Part shown: piece by piece, positions 37,804 through 51,113 of the stretch
Layout of the letters: each line of letters opens with the position of its first letter
How positions within the stretch are numbered: the first letter of the stretch is position 1
Origin: Marsupella aquatica
Taxonomy: Eukaryota > Plantae > Marchantiophyta
Assembly: GCA_973895155.1 (NCBI GenBank)
Contig: OZ316892.1
Location: forward strand, 2,111,223-2,175,222
Direction: 5' to 3'
Length of the DNA stretch: 64,000 nt
The notes under the pieces: generated by a model
Database searches by the model: none
What the model was told of the DNA's origin: nothing
The model's input: only the letters and a program-made list of their open reading frames with translations
Position numbers and translations under genes: made by a program

Positions 37804-40800
37804 CGCAAGACACTGTGCAGCGAAAGCCATTTTATTCCATTCCGATGTTTTTGTGAAGTTTTTCCCTCATTCGACTATCAGAATTTTGCTCGCATATTGG
37901 GGGATGGGCTCCTGTCGTTCCTATCATTTTTTGGGGGTACCACCCTGTGATTCTTTCCTTAGATGAGGGCATCCTGCCAGGGAGGAAGAAGTCTAAAAAG
38001 TCTCTCGCGGTGATGCTTTGCCAGGAAATGTATCCCTGCGGGTAGAAACGCCAAGTCGTTACGGATCTTGTATATTGTCAGTAGCTCCCTACATGTCTGA
38101 ACCCCTGAGGGAGCGAACAAGTCTCCTGGCCATTTCAGGCAGGCAACTGGTCAAATTACGTGCCATTAAACTCTCTGTACGATGGGCACCAGTGTACTTT
38201 ACAGGCAAATTTCCCCAGAGCAAGTAGAACAGGTCAGAGACTGTCCTTCAAATTGCAAATTTTTGGGATTGTCTTAACATTCAGCTGTCAGTCCAACCAT
38301 GCAATGTTACTTCACTCAATTCCATTTTACCTTCATTTTCCTTCTGATGCCTGTCCAGCTGTGAGCGCAGTTGTGACGTCTTTTGGCAGTTTTTTGGGGG
38401 TGTGATGCAGCTCAAAGAGACTTCAATACTGAAAATGGTGCTTATAAGAGTAAGAATAATGATGACATTACAGAGGAACCCTTATGAAGTAAGTCAACTT
38501 CTTATTGGAAAGTAAACACTTTTGATACTGGCTCTCTTCTTCGTAGCAGTAAGACATTCTTGTAGTTCAGATATGACAGAATTAATCCAGTGTCTGTCCA
38601 GCAGTGGCCACAGATAAATCCACTATTTGGGATTAGCCCTCTTAGTCATGTGACCTCTTTGTAATCTAAGATTAAAATTTTGGACATCAGTGACAGCACG
38701 TGGAACTAATTTGATTGGCCTCAAACATATTTTCAGCACATCTCAAGGTTTGTTCGAGTAGTCATTCGTGCGCAGTTCTATTGCCACTGAGGCTTTAAGA
38801 CAGCTGTCAACTGTGAGTATTCTGAGATGAAAAATGGTTGTAGGCACATACTTCGCGGCAGGCAAATTTTCACGTTAGGCTTTCAGTATGGTGATCCACC
38901 CCGGATTGTCTCAATAGATTTCAGTGAAAGGTGAACTCAAAATGCACCTTTTAAGTCTGCAGTTAGTGATTGCAGGATTTTGGGAACTCTCATTAGAAAA
39001 GAGTTGGGGTTTTTAATGAAAGTCGTCCTAGAGTGTTCTAGTCATTTTTGTTGGAAAGGATCTGATCAGAAGGAGGAATTGCCCTTTCATAATGTTTTAG
39101 GTGCTGTAGCTTAGTTTCACAATTGATTGGTCAACTTTCACGTGTAGTTCTCTTAACTGCTCTCTGCTTTTATCCGCGCTTGAGATGTCATTGGATTTGA
39201 GGGCGGCGACTACAGCTTTTCTGTCGGGAATGTCGTGAAATCATCCTGGAAGGTGGGTGCACAATATATTGGATTGGTGTACCACCGGACTTCCGGGTGC
39301 ACTCTTCATGTAGTTTCCCTCTGTGAATTTTGTGATGTAGGATAGAGGACCAATTTAGTTGATCTACCAGCGAGGATGTAATGATTTCCTTAGGTGTCCT
39401 ATGAGGGAAACTTTCAATCTGGTTTTCCAAGCACACCAGTTGCGTAGCGCTCACGTCCTGGCTATGAAAGGTCAGAGAAATCCAAATCATTATTTTCTTA
39501 GTCATTCGGAAAGACTGATGAATTTGTTGGGTGTTAGTATTAATAGAAACGCATAGGATTAGCCATTACAACCCACGACCATCAGCTGCTCTACTTGTCC
39601 TTCTGCCGTAGCTCTTTTGGCGTTGAGCTCAATCAAGACTGCTTGTCCTGTTGAAATTCTTGTAGGGATACACGTGCACTGAACAGTCGGTGCTGGAACA
39701 GGCCCTTAACAGCACTTAACGAAATTGACGCTGATGACCACGAGTTTAGTGACTATAAAAAGAAACTGCCTGGTAGCTTTCCAGATATTATGACCCAAAG
39801 TAGACTGTAGAGGAGTTCGGCAGGCAGGTCCAAATGGAGACATTTGCTGTCACCCAATCTTCTCCAGGAAGGAAATCCCTGATCAGAGTCGAATGATTCC
39901 ACATAAAATCTTGCCACCACTTCTATGAAAGCTGCAATCAAACAGTACAATCTGAGTTCTAGGTGTGCATGGGACAATCAGTATTGAGGATTACTCCTAC
40001 CACTCTTTCTTTTTCATGGAACACGAGTAAAATATGATTTCCCAAGAAAAATTATCCCTAGCACTATCTTTTGCAAGGGAGAATCAGTGCATGTGCTCTA
40101 CTTTGGAAGGTGGTGTTTCCGACGTCTCAATCGTGTTTGGTCTTGCTGAGCGGAGATTAAGTCTAGCCTCAAACAAAATGCTTCTGATCTTGGAAAGGGG
40201 GATCTGAGTGGCACCTACAAATCTCCTGTTCTGACTGATTACACTCATCGTAAAGATCTTGCTATATGGCCTAATGTTTGTTGGCCCATACTCTTCTGGG
40301 CAAGACTTGTGTAATTTGCAATTATAGGTATTCGAGAGATTTGCTTGGTGGGACCTCAAATGAAAATGTTTTACTTAATTGGACCCTTGAAAGTTTAGGT
40401 CCGTCTATTCAAGGTAAATCAACGGTGTGGATCACTCAGGGGTCCTATCAAGTAAAACATTTTCATTTAGGGTTCCACCAAGCAAATCCCTCTAGGTATT
40501 CTCAAGGAGAGGATGCGCTCACTAGAATCTATAAATACATTTACCTGGATCAATTACAGTTTGAGAGTTACTCTAATCAAGGAAAATGCGAGTCCATCTT
40601 CTACCAGCCTGCAAGAAGAGAGATACTCAAAAATCTAGTTTCTTCAAGAAGGCAATGCAACCAACATAAGAAGAGAGTAGCAAAAAAATGACAACTCAGA
40701 CAAGTATTTTGAATCAGGAATTTTTAATGCTAATAAGACCTAAACGTAGTGAAGTATGTTACAGACTACAACAAATTCCCTTCCAATAAAATTCAAGAAG

Positions 40801-41399
40801 TGTGAGGGTTGTTATAGAATCTCTGAACTGTTGATGAAAGGGTTAGCAGTTAACAAACACAAGGTATAGAAACTCTAAACAATAGAACATTGACAGGGCT
40901 CTAAAGTACTTGCTCAGGTGCCAGCCTCAAGCATTAAAAAAATTAAGTTTAGGGTAACAGCATGTGATCTTGGGGTTTAACTGAATGAAGACATCAGTAG
41001 AGTCAATGGAAGGAATAATGCCAAGTCAATAACAAAAAGAATTTGACAAAGTAGTAGAATAGTGTAGTTGAAGACTTTCATGTTGCAAGATCAGTGCTAA
41101 TGTGTATCACCTCACATAATTGAGCCTGTGCCTTCCATGCAGTACTGCAAGAGGCTTGAATTTTAATGGAATGGAATTAGTTGCATATAACAGGTTGGCT
41201 CATTCACGAAGAGATCCCCAAAGCTGACTTGATTATTAAAATTATTTCAAAGTATCTTGAATTGAAGGTTTTAACTGACAGCTCTATGATATTTTTGCAG
41301 AGTAGCAGCAAAGCATTGACAGCCACCATGACCAAGAGTCACTCTAAATTGATGGGAATTGTATGCTAGAGTTCCGTCAGGAACAATCAGGTTTGCCTG

Positions 41400-42060
41400 T
41401 TACTCAGCAGCAAAAGAAAATTTTGCATTTACTATGGCCAAGCACAAACCCAGTCTGGTACAAGTGAATGGAAAGAAATTGTGAAGAATGAGTAAAGAAG
41501 CTAGATGCTGTACATTTCCTGGCAATTCCCCCTCTACATTTTGTCGAGAATGGGTTCTTCTAATAAGCTACAGACCATAGACACTAGGAACACTTTTTGC
41601 TTTAATTGGACTGAATATATCTAAAGTTGAAGAATCCTTGGTTTGCCCTCATTGTGGTTCTTTCAAGGAATTCTCCAAAAGAGAAGTATCCAGAGTTATT
41701 GTGAAAATTAACTTACTGTGTAGTGTACTATATAATATATTGTCCATTCCTCTAGATATAATTGGAGAAATCAAACTCACAGAAGTTAGGGGCTGAAGTA
41801 GTAACACTTGTCAAGGTAACATATTCTTGAGTTGGAAGTGCAAGTGAGATCTAATGAATTGACCTCATGTGAGTCTCTGTTGAGATTAGTTTTGGGAGAC
41901 TCTTGTTTGGCGGTGTTCTTCACACCAACAACCATGTTCTCATCACAGAATTTGGTGGTGTTATATTTCTTAAGGATTATGATTGCGAACTTCCCCAAAT
42001 CTCCCAGCTAACGTGAATGGAAGCATTGCCAAATGAATAAACTGAGTTATTTGCATGGCC
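41400..42060 (+). mobile_element. Possible degenerate L1 LINE 3' remnant
   Basis: CPHCGSFKE resembles the LINE zinc knuckle and NVNGS resembles RNase H NVDGS; many stops. Confidence 0.25.
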
Positions 42061-43759
42061 AAAACCCATTAATGCCTGTTAGCAGAACATTAAGGACCAT
42101 AGTAGCCTCTCAAAACTCAAGCTAAAAGTCCTCAATTTTCCAGGACCTTATGGAGAAGATTGTGGAATCATATTTGGATTAGTCATTATGTCATTTTTCC
42201 TCTACTTTCACTAAAATTGCAAAAAATATCTCACTATAAGAATGTTTGTTACCAGAACATATTGGGCCATAATAGCCCCCTGACAACTTCAGCTAAAGCT
42301 AATTTTACATTCATGTTTTTACTCAAATAAACCCTCAAAAATATAGCTAGGGGTCCACTAACTAATTCTAATGAGGTTACATTGTCAGATCTCATCAAGT
42401 AGTGAAGAGCTCACAATTTATTGATTTTCTCAACACCTCCTTCAAAGTCTAGCTATGTTGTACTCAAACAGAGATTTCAATTTCTCCTTAATCTCTTGAT
42501 AAAACCTTTCATGCTTAGTATTGTTAGAAAACTAATTGAAAGGGCTTTTCAATCAGCCTAACATGATTAGATTCCACAAAGCATTAAAGAGTTCACATAT
42601 ACATATATTTTTTATGGGTTAACTTTTTTCAACGCCCTAAAACCAGGGGCTGAAACCCACAAGACAGGGCCCACAGGACAATTATTGAACAGATATATGA
42701 ATTGTTCATCTGGCCCTTCCTTGAAATCCTAGCTATGTCTCAAGTTCTGAGATCATAAGTATGACTAGAAGGAAATTGAGTATTTCTCTTTACAGTATGG
42801 AGCCCAAGGGGTTCTAATTATTTAAATTTCTGTCAATTGGCTTTTTTGTAAAGTTGCAACAAAACTATAAATACAAACATTTTGATGTAAAACACTGATT
42901 TATCATTGACAAAACATCTAGTAGGTTACTTGTTTTACCTTCTTGTTTGCTATCACAAATTGACTTTTCAATTTTTGATCTTCTTATAGTTACTGGGTCA
43001 AACTGATTTTCCTTGTCTCACAACAAACACAAACATTTGTGTTTGTTTCCAGTTTGTGACCAAATGTGATGATGTGGCTGCACGTGGTGACAGGAATTTT
43101 GGAAAGAGCTTTCCATGGGGGTTTATAACAAAGTCTCTTTTAGCATGGCCCTCAACTAGGTCAAGTAGATCACTCCCTCTCCCATTGTCATGCCCCAACT
43201 CCAACTCCGGGATCACTCCCCCAACCCTCCCTACCCCAGTTACAGACTGTCAACCCCCAATGTCATGTTGCAACCCCATCTTGTTGCCCTCAACTCCCAA
43301 GGTCACCTGCACCTCCCCTATCTGGAGTAAATGTACTGGCAGGTGGCCTTAGAGCCTGAGGGGGCAATGACAGTTTTTGATGAATGTTTGTTGCACCCGT
43401 TAATGAAAACCCTGTAGCCAGGGAATTAATACCTTGGAGGCAGTAAAGAAGTAAAACATTGCCCAAACTCCTCCTTTGGCTCACAAAAATTGGCGCTCCC
43501 TACTGTCCCTCTGCCTTACACATTCAACGTTCAACTCTCCCTCCCTAAACCCTTTTGCCAAACACTTTTGTTAAAGTCCCCTGCTAGAGTCTACTGCGCT
43601 TGCGCAACTGTGAAACACTCGCTTTGCACATTAGTGCGTTGTTTACTGAGTAGGCCTTGACAAGAACTGTGCATGGGCAGGCATGAGGGCCTTGTTAAGT
43701 CCAGATGGAACCTTGGGGTCCTTTTAAGTCCAAGAGATACCAGAGGGGCCCTGTTCACC

Positions 43760-44317
43760 CGATTTAAGTTGACAGACAAGTTGATGCCTTGCTGGGCAGT
43801 AAAACCGTCAAATGATGGCCCAAAAAGAGACAATTTGACATATTGTACTGATTCCCCGGCCATTTCCCTGGACTCCCCCGGACTCCCCCAGAGTCTCTCG
43901 ACCCGGTCCGGCTTTCCAGACCCGGCCCTCCTGGCCTGGCCGCGCTCTCCCCCACCCAACCCTGGCAGCCCGGCTCGGCTCGGCTCGGCTCTCCCTCCCC
44001 GACCCTGGCGGCCCGGCCTGGCTCTGATCTGCCCCCCTCGACCCTCCTGGCCTGGCCTTCCTGGCCCGGTCTTCCTCGACCCGCTCTGCCCCGCTCGACC
44101 CCTGCCCGGACCTCGTGCCAGCCGCACACTGGTCCCAAACCCGGCCCGGACCCTGCCCGAACCCGATCCCGGCCAAACCCACCCAATCCCCTCCTGAACC
44201 CTGCCCCAACCCAACCGGGCCGAACCTGTCATGAGGACCCGATCCCGACTCCGGAACCCTGGGATGATGATTTGCCGGCCTCTAGACCCCCAATATGACG
44301 GGCAAGGCCAAACTGGA
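43760..44317. repeat. GC-rich element with a C-rich pentamer core (CCCGG/CTCGG/CCTGG)
   Basis: Period-5 CCC-rich array at about 43855-44225; its ends resemble those of 33478-33870. Confidence 0.65.
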
Positions 44318-44725
44318 CCTGCTCAGTCCAAACTTGCATTAATATGAAGATCTAAATGACTTCATCTTCCAGGTTACATAGTGACCTCATCCAAATGGGG
44401 GTCATCTTCTAGGTTGCTCCATGATCTTACAAGCTCTCTTCACATGATCATAGCTGGTCAAGTAGGATGTACTCAGGTAGCATGGTAGACAACATTGCTA
44501 CAACACTCCAGATGTTTCCAGGGACACAACTCTCTTATTGAATTTAAAATACACAAATTAGAGACAACAAAAGGACAGGAAGCTCTAACTAGTTACCTTG
44601 GTAAAGGTTGCTTCATTATTTCAGGTTGGGTTTGAAGGAGCTTTGGAATATTTTATCAAAACAAAAACTGAGTACACTACCCACTTATACTCTAAGGGCT
44701 AGGTTCCATGGGCCAGGTAGAGTGT

Positions 44726-44747
44726 GGGGGGGGGGGGGGGGGGGGGG
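44726..44747. repeat. Poly-G tract (22 nt)
   Basis: Direct reading. Confidence 0.9.
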
Positions 44748-45203
44748 TTGAGGGGCAGAAAAGATGTAAATTCTGTACATAGTAAATGTTACCATTTCTG
44801 GTCCACGCTCCTATTCTCATAATCTGGTGCCCACAAATATACAGCCAGGAGATAGTTTTCCCGACAGGATTAATTTTATCTACAATAACTAAGGTCAGGA
44901 CAGGGTTCTAGACTGCGACCTTGCTATCGCAATGTTTGAGAAAACTTCCCAGCTACCAGCGGTCAGCTTATTCTCACATCCGTAAACCCCTCGTGAATTT
45001 GTTTTCTTTGTATCTGTGTACCAGGTTATGAGACATTACCCCCAGGTGAAGCCACGGAACCCCTGGGCCAGCCTAGCCTGGGGATTATGAAATTTGAATG
45101 AGAAATAGAGTAACTGCAAGTGGCAGACAGTGACGGATCAGACTTTTATTGTGTCAAACTGAACTAAATGTTGTGTAAAAATTCACTCAGGCTTTACGCT
45201 CGA

Positions 45204-45297
45204 TAACTCATCCCCACTTGGGGATAATGGATGTAACCCCCTCGGGCTCAGCGCCCTCTGGGATTACATCCCATTACCCCCTCTTGGGGATGGGTTA
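45204..45297. other. 94-nt imperfect palindrome (hairpin)
   Basis: taactcatcccca/tggggatgggtta, taatggatgtaacccc/gggattacatcccatta and gggc/gccc pair around a short loop. Confidence 0.8.
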
Positions 45298-46379
45298 CCC
45301 TACACTGAAACTTCCCAGGTACCAGCCGTCAGCTTATTCTCACATCCCGGAGGCAGGGTTACACTCCAGTAACCCTCACCCAGACACTGGTTATCCTACA
45401 CATTGAGGGTAGGAAGAGTGATCCTGGGGTTGGGGTGGAGTCATGACACTGGCCCTCTATACGTAATTGAGGGCGAGAGAAAAACCAACCACAACAAAAA
45501 GAAGCACAAAGGTCGATAGAACTCCTGTGGGAGAACTCATTACTCTCGAGAGGGCTCGAGAGACACCGAACACGGGGCCAGCATACATTTCACTAGAAGG
45601 AGGACCGAAGGGATCGAAGAGCTTCATTTGTAGGTGTTGGTCGGGCAAACGATCAACCGGAAGTATGAGCGACGAGACGACTGTAGTCGGGAGATGGCCC
45701 ACGCCCACTACTCTGTTTCGTAGAGGTGATGGGGCCAAGCGATGGAGGCGATTAGATGAGTGAAGGTTTTATCTTCAAGGTTTCTAAGTGAGTCGGGGAG
45801 TAAGGTTTTGATAGTAGTAGTAGTGGTGTGGTGGTCGTGGTTCTCTGTGGCTGCGGTGTAGCAGGGACGGAATTCGAAGGGAGTGGAAGAATTGATTTAG
45901 GCTGGCGAGAGACTGACAGTTTACGACGCCTGTGGCTGGCGTCCGATCTTGTTTGTCTGGCTTGAGCGCCTTGAGAGAGGAAGAGCTATGAGGGCGCATC
46001 AAGGCTCGGTGCTCAGGATAGTGAAGAGAACGAGCCTGGAAGGTAGTGGTGGTGGTGGCGGTGGTGGCGGAGGACCGTGTTCTTGAGTTTTTTTTGTTTC
46101 GGAGGAAGTGACGAACGATTGGACGAGTGAATGTGTTAAGTCTCAAGGTTTTGGAGGAGCTCTTGCGGAGCTTGTTTCTTTGTGGGTAGAAAGAGGAGGT
46201 CTGTTTGGGATATAAGTAGGTGCCGAGAAAGATAGAGTGAGAGTGACTATTATTTTCTTGGAAGAGACAGGAGCAGAGAGGGAGAGGGAGAGCGCGGAAA
46301 TTCGAGCGGAGGCAGCAGCACGCGACAAGGGGAGGGGCGAGGTTTCGTTCGTTTGGATTGGAAAGCAGATGCGGAGGAG

Positions 46380-49300
46380 ATGGACGGGTCTGGCAATTCG
46401 TTAGTATCAGGGCCGGATGGAAAGAAGAGGAGGGTGGCGTATTTTTACGATTCGGAAGTAGGCAACTACTATTATGGGCAGGGCCATCCGATGAAGCCGC
46501 ACAGGATTCGAATGGCGCACTCCCTCCTGGTCCATTACGGAGTGCATCACAGAATGGAGGTCCTTCGACCGTACCCCGCCCGAGACCGCGACCTCTGCCG
46601 CTTCCATGCAGACGACTACGTCGCGTTTCTCCGTGCCGTGACCCCCGAGACGCAACATGAGCAGGCCCGGCAGCTCAAGAGATTTAATGTCGGGGAAGAT
46701 TGCCCTGTCTTCGACGGCCTCTATTCCTTCTGCCAGACTTACGCCGGCGGGTCTGTCGGCGGTGCGGTGAAACTCAACCACGGCCACTCCGACATTGCCA
46801 TCAACTGGGCCGGAGGGCTCCATCACGCCAAGAAGTGCGAGGCTTCCGGATTTTGCTACGTTAACGACATCGTCCTCGCGATTCTGGAACTACTCAAGTA
46901 CCACGGGGTGAGCACAGTACTAAACAAGTGTGGATCGTGCCCCCATCTAGTTCTGACTAAATTTCTCGTTCTGTCCAGCTCCAAGATGTGTGACATCGTC
47001 TCTGATTAAATTAGAAATATGCAAACTGATCTTTCGTTCTCTACTTTTGCATAGTCACATTGTCCAGAAATACTGAGTAACTGGCTGTATTCCTTCCTAG
47101 TGCCGATTGATCGAAACATTTTCTGATACTGCTGGCACTGAGTATGTCTGACTCAGTGGAGTGCTCTAGTTTTTTCGTTTCCCTCCAATTTTAATACTTC
47201 TGTTATTGAGATTTACTGAGTGAGTCGCTGCTTCTTTTCTACTATGGATTAGTCCAGTCCTTTTCTTCGGCCCCGATTTTTGTTCATTGTTGTTAAATAA
47301 TCCAGCGGGTGAGTGGCTAATTTCCTTTCCGTCCTTCCGATCGTGGCAGTCATTTCCACTTGCAGCTTTACTTTCATCTTCTCACCGATTTCACCACAGG
47401 TCTATTGACGTCTTTTTCCGTTTTCCCGAATGGAAAACCGCGCAAGCAGACTTCTTCTCTGTTTGATTTTGAGTCGGCAGGGCTTTGAAAAGTTCTGGAC
47501 CGTGCCAATCACAGTTTGGCTGGATTTGTTCCAGTCATCGTCTATGGCTGTCTTCCCCGGATCTTGCAGACCTGTATCTGATGGATTTCGTGCTCTCTGG
47601 TACCCAAGTCGATCTATGACTTTTCAATGTGTACTTGTCGATCGTTGGCTGGAGAAACGCCAGACCTCCCCCGCTCCGTTACATCTTAGCTTCGGATGTG
47701 CTGTTGGAGAGAGCTCAAAGATAGGCTCGTTGTCTAGCTGGGTCGAAAAGCTTACTATCCAGCCGTAGGGGTTCTTTGAGAGAATGCTTCTTGCTTTACA
47801 AGAGTGACGCTTAGCTCTGTTATTGTTCTTGTGATGCTTCAATGCAGAGGGTGCTATACATCGACATTGACATCCACCATGGAGATGGTGTCGAGGAGGC
47901 CTTCTATACGACCGATCGTGTCATGACGGTATCTTTCCACAAATTCGGCGATTATTTTCCAGGAACGGGTGACCTGAGAGACATTGGTTACGGGAAAGGA
48001 AAGTACTACTCGTTGAACGTGCCGCTGAATGATGGTATAGACGATGAAAGTTACCAGTCTTTGTTCAAGCCAATCATCTCGAAGGTGATGGAGGTGTTTC
48101 AGCCCGGGGCGGTCGTCTTGCAGTGTGGAGCTGATTCTCTCTCTGGGGATCGCCTGGGTTGTTTTAATCTTTCCGTGAAAGGGCATGCGGAGTGTGTGAG
48201 ATTTATGCGGTCTTTCAACGTTCCACTTCTTTTGGTTGGTGGTGGTGGATATACGATTCGCAATGTGGCGCGATGCTGGTGCTACGAGGTACATTGTGTT
48301 ACCGAAAAAACGGTCTTCCCGAATCTTAGGGCTTCGACATCCTTTCTCTTACTCTAGCAAAGCATAAGTCCATCTCCGTGTTTTCTTTGATCGGTCGCTG
48401 AGGAAACAGTGTAAACTCCCTTTCTATGTTTGTTAATGTTGCCAGAGTTTGTGGCTGGCTCTTCATTACAGCTCGTTAATTCGTAAACTATTTCGAGCCG
48501 CTGTTCAGGGTAGAGAGTAGCTTTGCGTGCGTTTTCATTGATATGTGAAGGTGACATGACTGTTCTGCCAGCGCTCTTATTGTTTTGACATGAGGAAGTT
48601 GGATGTGCTGAACTTCATTTTTGGTATTTCTGCTCGTACTGGGATTGTAGACTGGAGTGGCTGTGGGCGTGGAGCTTGAAGACAAGATGCCATATAATGA
48701 TTACTTTGAGTATTTTGGGCCAGACTACACCCTTCACGTGGCACCTAGCAATATGGAAAACCAGAATTCGAAGTCTTATGTTGATTCCATCAGGTGAATC
48801 CGGGACTGGATTTAATTGCTCAAACTGCTTTCATGAATTGAGGTGGAATTCATAGCGTCGGGTGAGCATGCAAGCCGTCGACAGATGTATTAAGAAGGAC
48901 CTGAGATCTACAGTGCTTTCGGTTCTCAGTGAATGGGATGATTCCTTATCCATTAGCAACGATGATTTCAGGAAGGGATTAGTTCAATTCTGAAGTGTGA
49001 ATAAGTTGAGGGTAATTTTGTTTGATCATCATCGCGAGAATGTCGGATAGACTTCTCCCTCTCTTAAGATACTAGTTCATGAATGCGCTGACCTGGCTAG
49101 TAGAAGAAGGATTGAAGTGTGTGCGAAGAGTTCTTGAAACTCTGAAAAGACCAAGGCGCTCAGACAGTATCAATACTTCCGTGACCACACTCCAATACAC
49201 AGAAGAATCAGGAAACTTTGTAGGTTTCTGATAGTTTTATTTGATGCAGGGAGAGGCTCCTTGATAATCTATCGAAGCTAAATCATGTCCCGAGCGTTCA

Positions 49301-51113
49301 ATTTGCAGAGAGACCACCTGATACAGACCTTGGTGAAGAGGTACTCAAGGCAAACCTTGTCAGTTCGAGTAGAAAATGAATGCATTTGCTAGACATCCAT
49401 TTTGTTGGGTGTTGTCCAGCAAGTAGTTTATGTATTGCTCGATCAATTCCAGACGAACTGTTATCTCTTGGAATAATTTACAAGTGTGTGGGCTTTCACT
49501 CGTCTGATATGTTGAGCCTTGCATATGTAGGAGGAAGAAGATGTGGATGTCCGAAGCAAGCCCAGGGTATGGGAAGGGGAAATGTCGGACTCTGATTCTG
49601 AGGATGATAATCTCAGAGAACCTAAACGAAGAAATCGGGAAACCAGTGAACCTGCTTTTCCAAGGTAGATTTCCATTGGATGCATGTTACTGCATGAGGT
49701 CGCTTTGGATTGTATGTAGGACTTCGGCATTGCTCATGTATGTCCTTGTCCTTGTTACTTCCTGTCCAGCATTGAAACCAACTTAACAGGATAGGTTGAA
49801 ACTTGTGAGGGTAGATATGTGAGACTTTGTCGTCCTACGTATGAGGTGATTACAATATTGATCCGTTTCAAACTTAACAGTAGAGGTTGGAAGTGGCGAG
49901 GCTTGAGTGCATGCTCTCGTGCTCGTATCTTACTTTGTTTGTTGCTATTTTGTTTGGCACTGGACCCAAGACTTCTGTTCTTCTTGACATTCGTTGACGA
50001 GGTGTTTTGCAAACTGTCTGCTGTACAGGAGGGCTGCACTACTCAGTCCAGATCACAATAAACAAGCAAAGCTCGAGGAAGAACTTGCCGATCCACCATC
50101 AGGGGTGAGAACTACTATCTCTATAAAGAGGTGTCTGCAGAGCTGGTTTATTGGTATAATGGATGGTTCATCAAATATTTCTTTTTCTGTTTCTCACTTG
50201 TTATGATGTCCTGTTCAGGATGAAGACAGTGACGGTGAAGATGATGTGGCGAGGCCAACAGAGCCACCCAAAGAAGTCAAAGATGAGGTACGATATTTCG
50301 AATACTATCCTTTGCTTGTTTGATCTTGTAGGATTTGTTGAGCTTGTGCGGGTTGTGTAATTTACTGACATTAATCGTCTTGGAGTGTAGCCTGTTGAAA
50401 TGGAGGTAGAGAAGTCAGCGGCTTCGATTGAAAAATCATCTGATGCGGAAATGAGAGATGCGACAACAGCCGCTCCACTTTCAACCTCTTCTGACCCATC
50501 TCCTCCATTGAGGGATGCTGCTCCACCTGCTACCTCGGCGATGTCGTCAGGATCAGTAGCATCATCTGCCCTTGGTATAATTCCAAAACCTTCCGGAACT
50601 TCACTGACTCGAATTCAGTCAGACAGCAATCGTAGACCAGTAGAAACAACTGCAGGCTCTTCAGTAGCCAATGCTGGAGTTTCTACCTCTACTGGAGCTG
50701 GATCCAGCCAACGAGTTTCGCTAATGTCTGGTGTTTCGGCATCAGGAAATTGGCCGTCTGTTCCGAATTCCCGGACCACACCACCCCATTATGGGAGTGG
50801 AGGAAGCGGAGGGCACTCATCTGTGTCTAGATCAGTGTCTGGCTCAACAGTCTTGGGACCCGTACCTGCTCCAATCCAAGGATTATTGCTAAGACCACCT
50901 ACAGGTCCACTCCTTTCAGGAGTTCGACCTGGTGCTGCTGGAAACCCAGGGATGGTAGCTTCTTCTCGCATTGGGGCAGGGTCTTCAGGATCTGGTAGGT
51001 TCTCTGCAGCTTCTGGTCCTCCAGCCAACCCAGGAGACGCAGGGTCTTCTGGTGCAGATAACTCTCAGAGTCAGTCTAACACATCACAAGGCACTGGACC
51101 ACGGACGCCATAA
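46380..51113 (+). CDS. HDA19: Class I (RPD3-type) histone deacetylase, HDA19/HDA1-like, 8 exons, about 734 aa
   Basis: Exons 46380-46907, 47848-48288, 48651-48793, 49250-49340, 49531-49664, 50029-50104, 50219-50287 and 50391-51113 with consistent phases. Motifs [71 protein letters not shown] and EYFGPDY. Confidence 0.93.
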
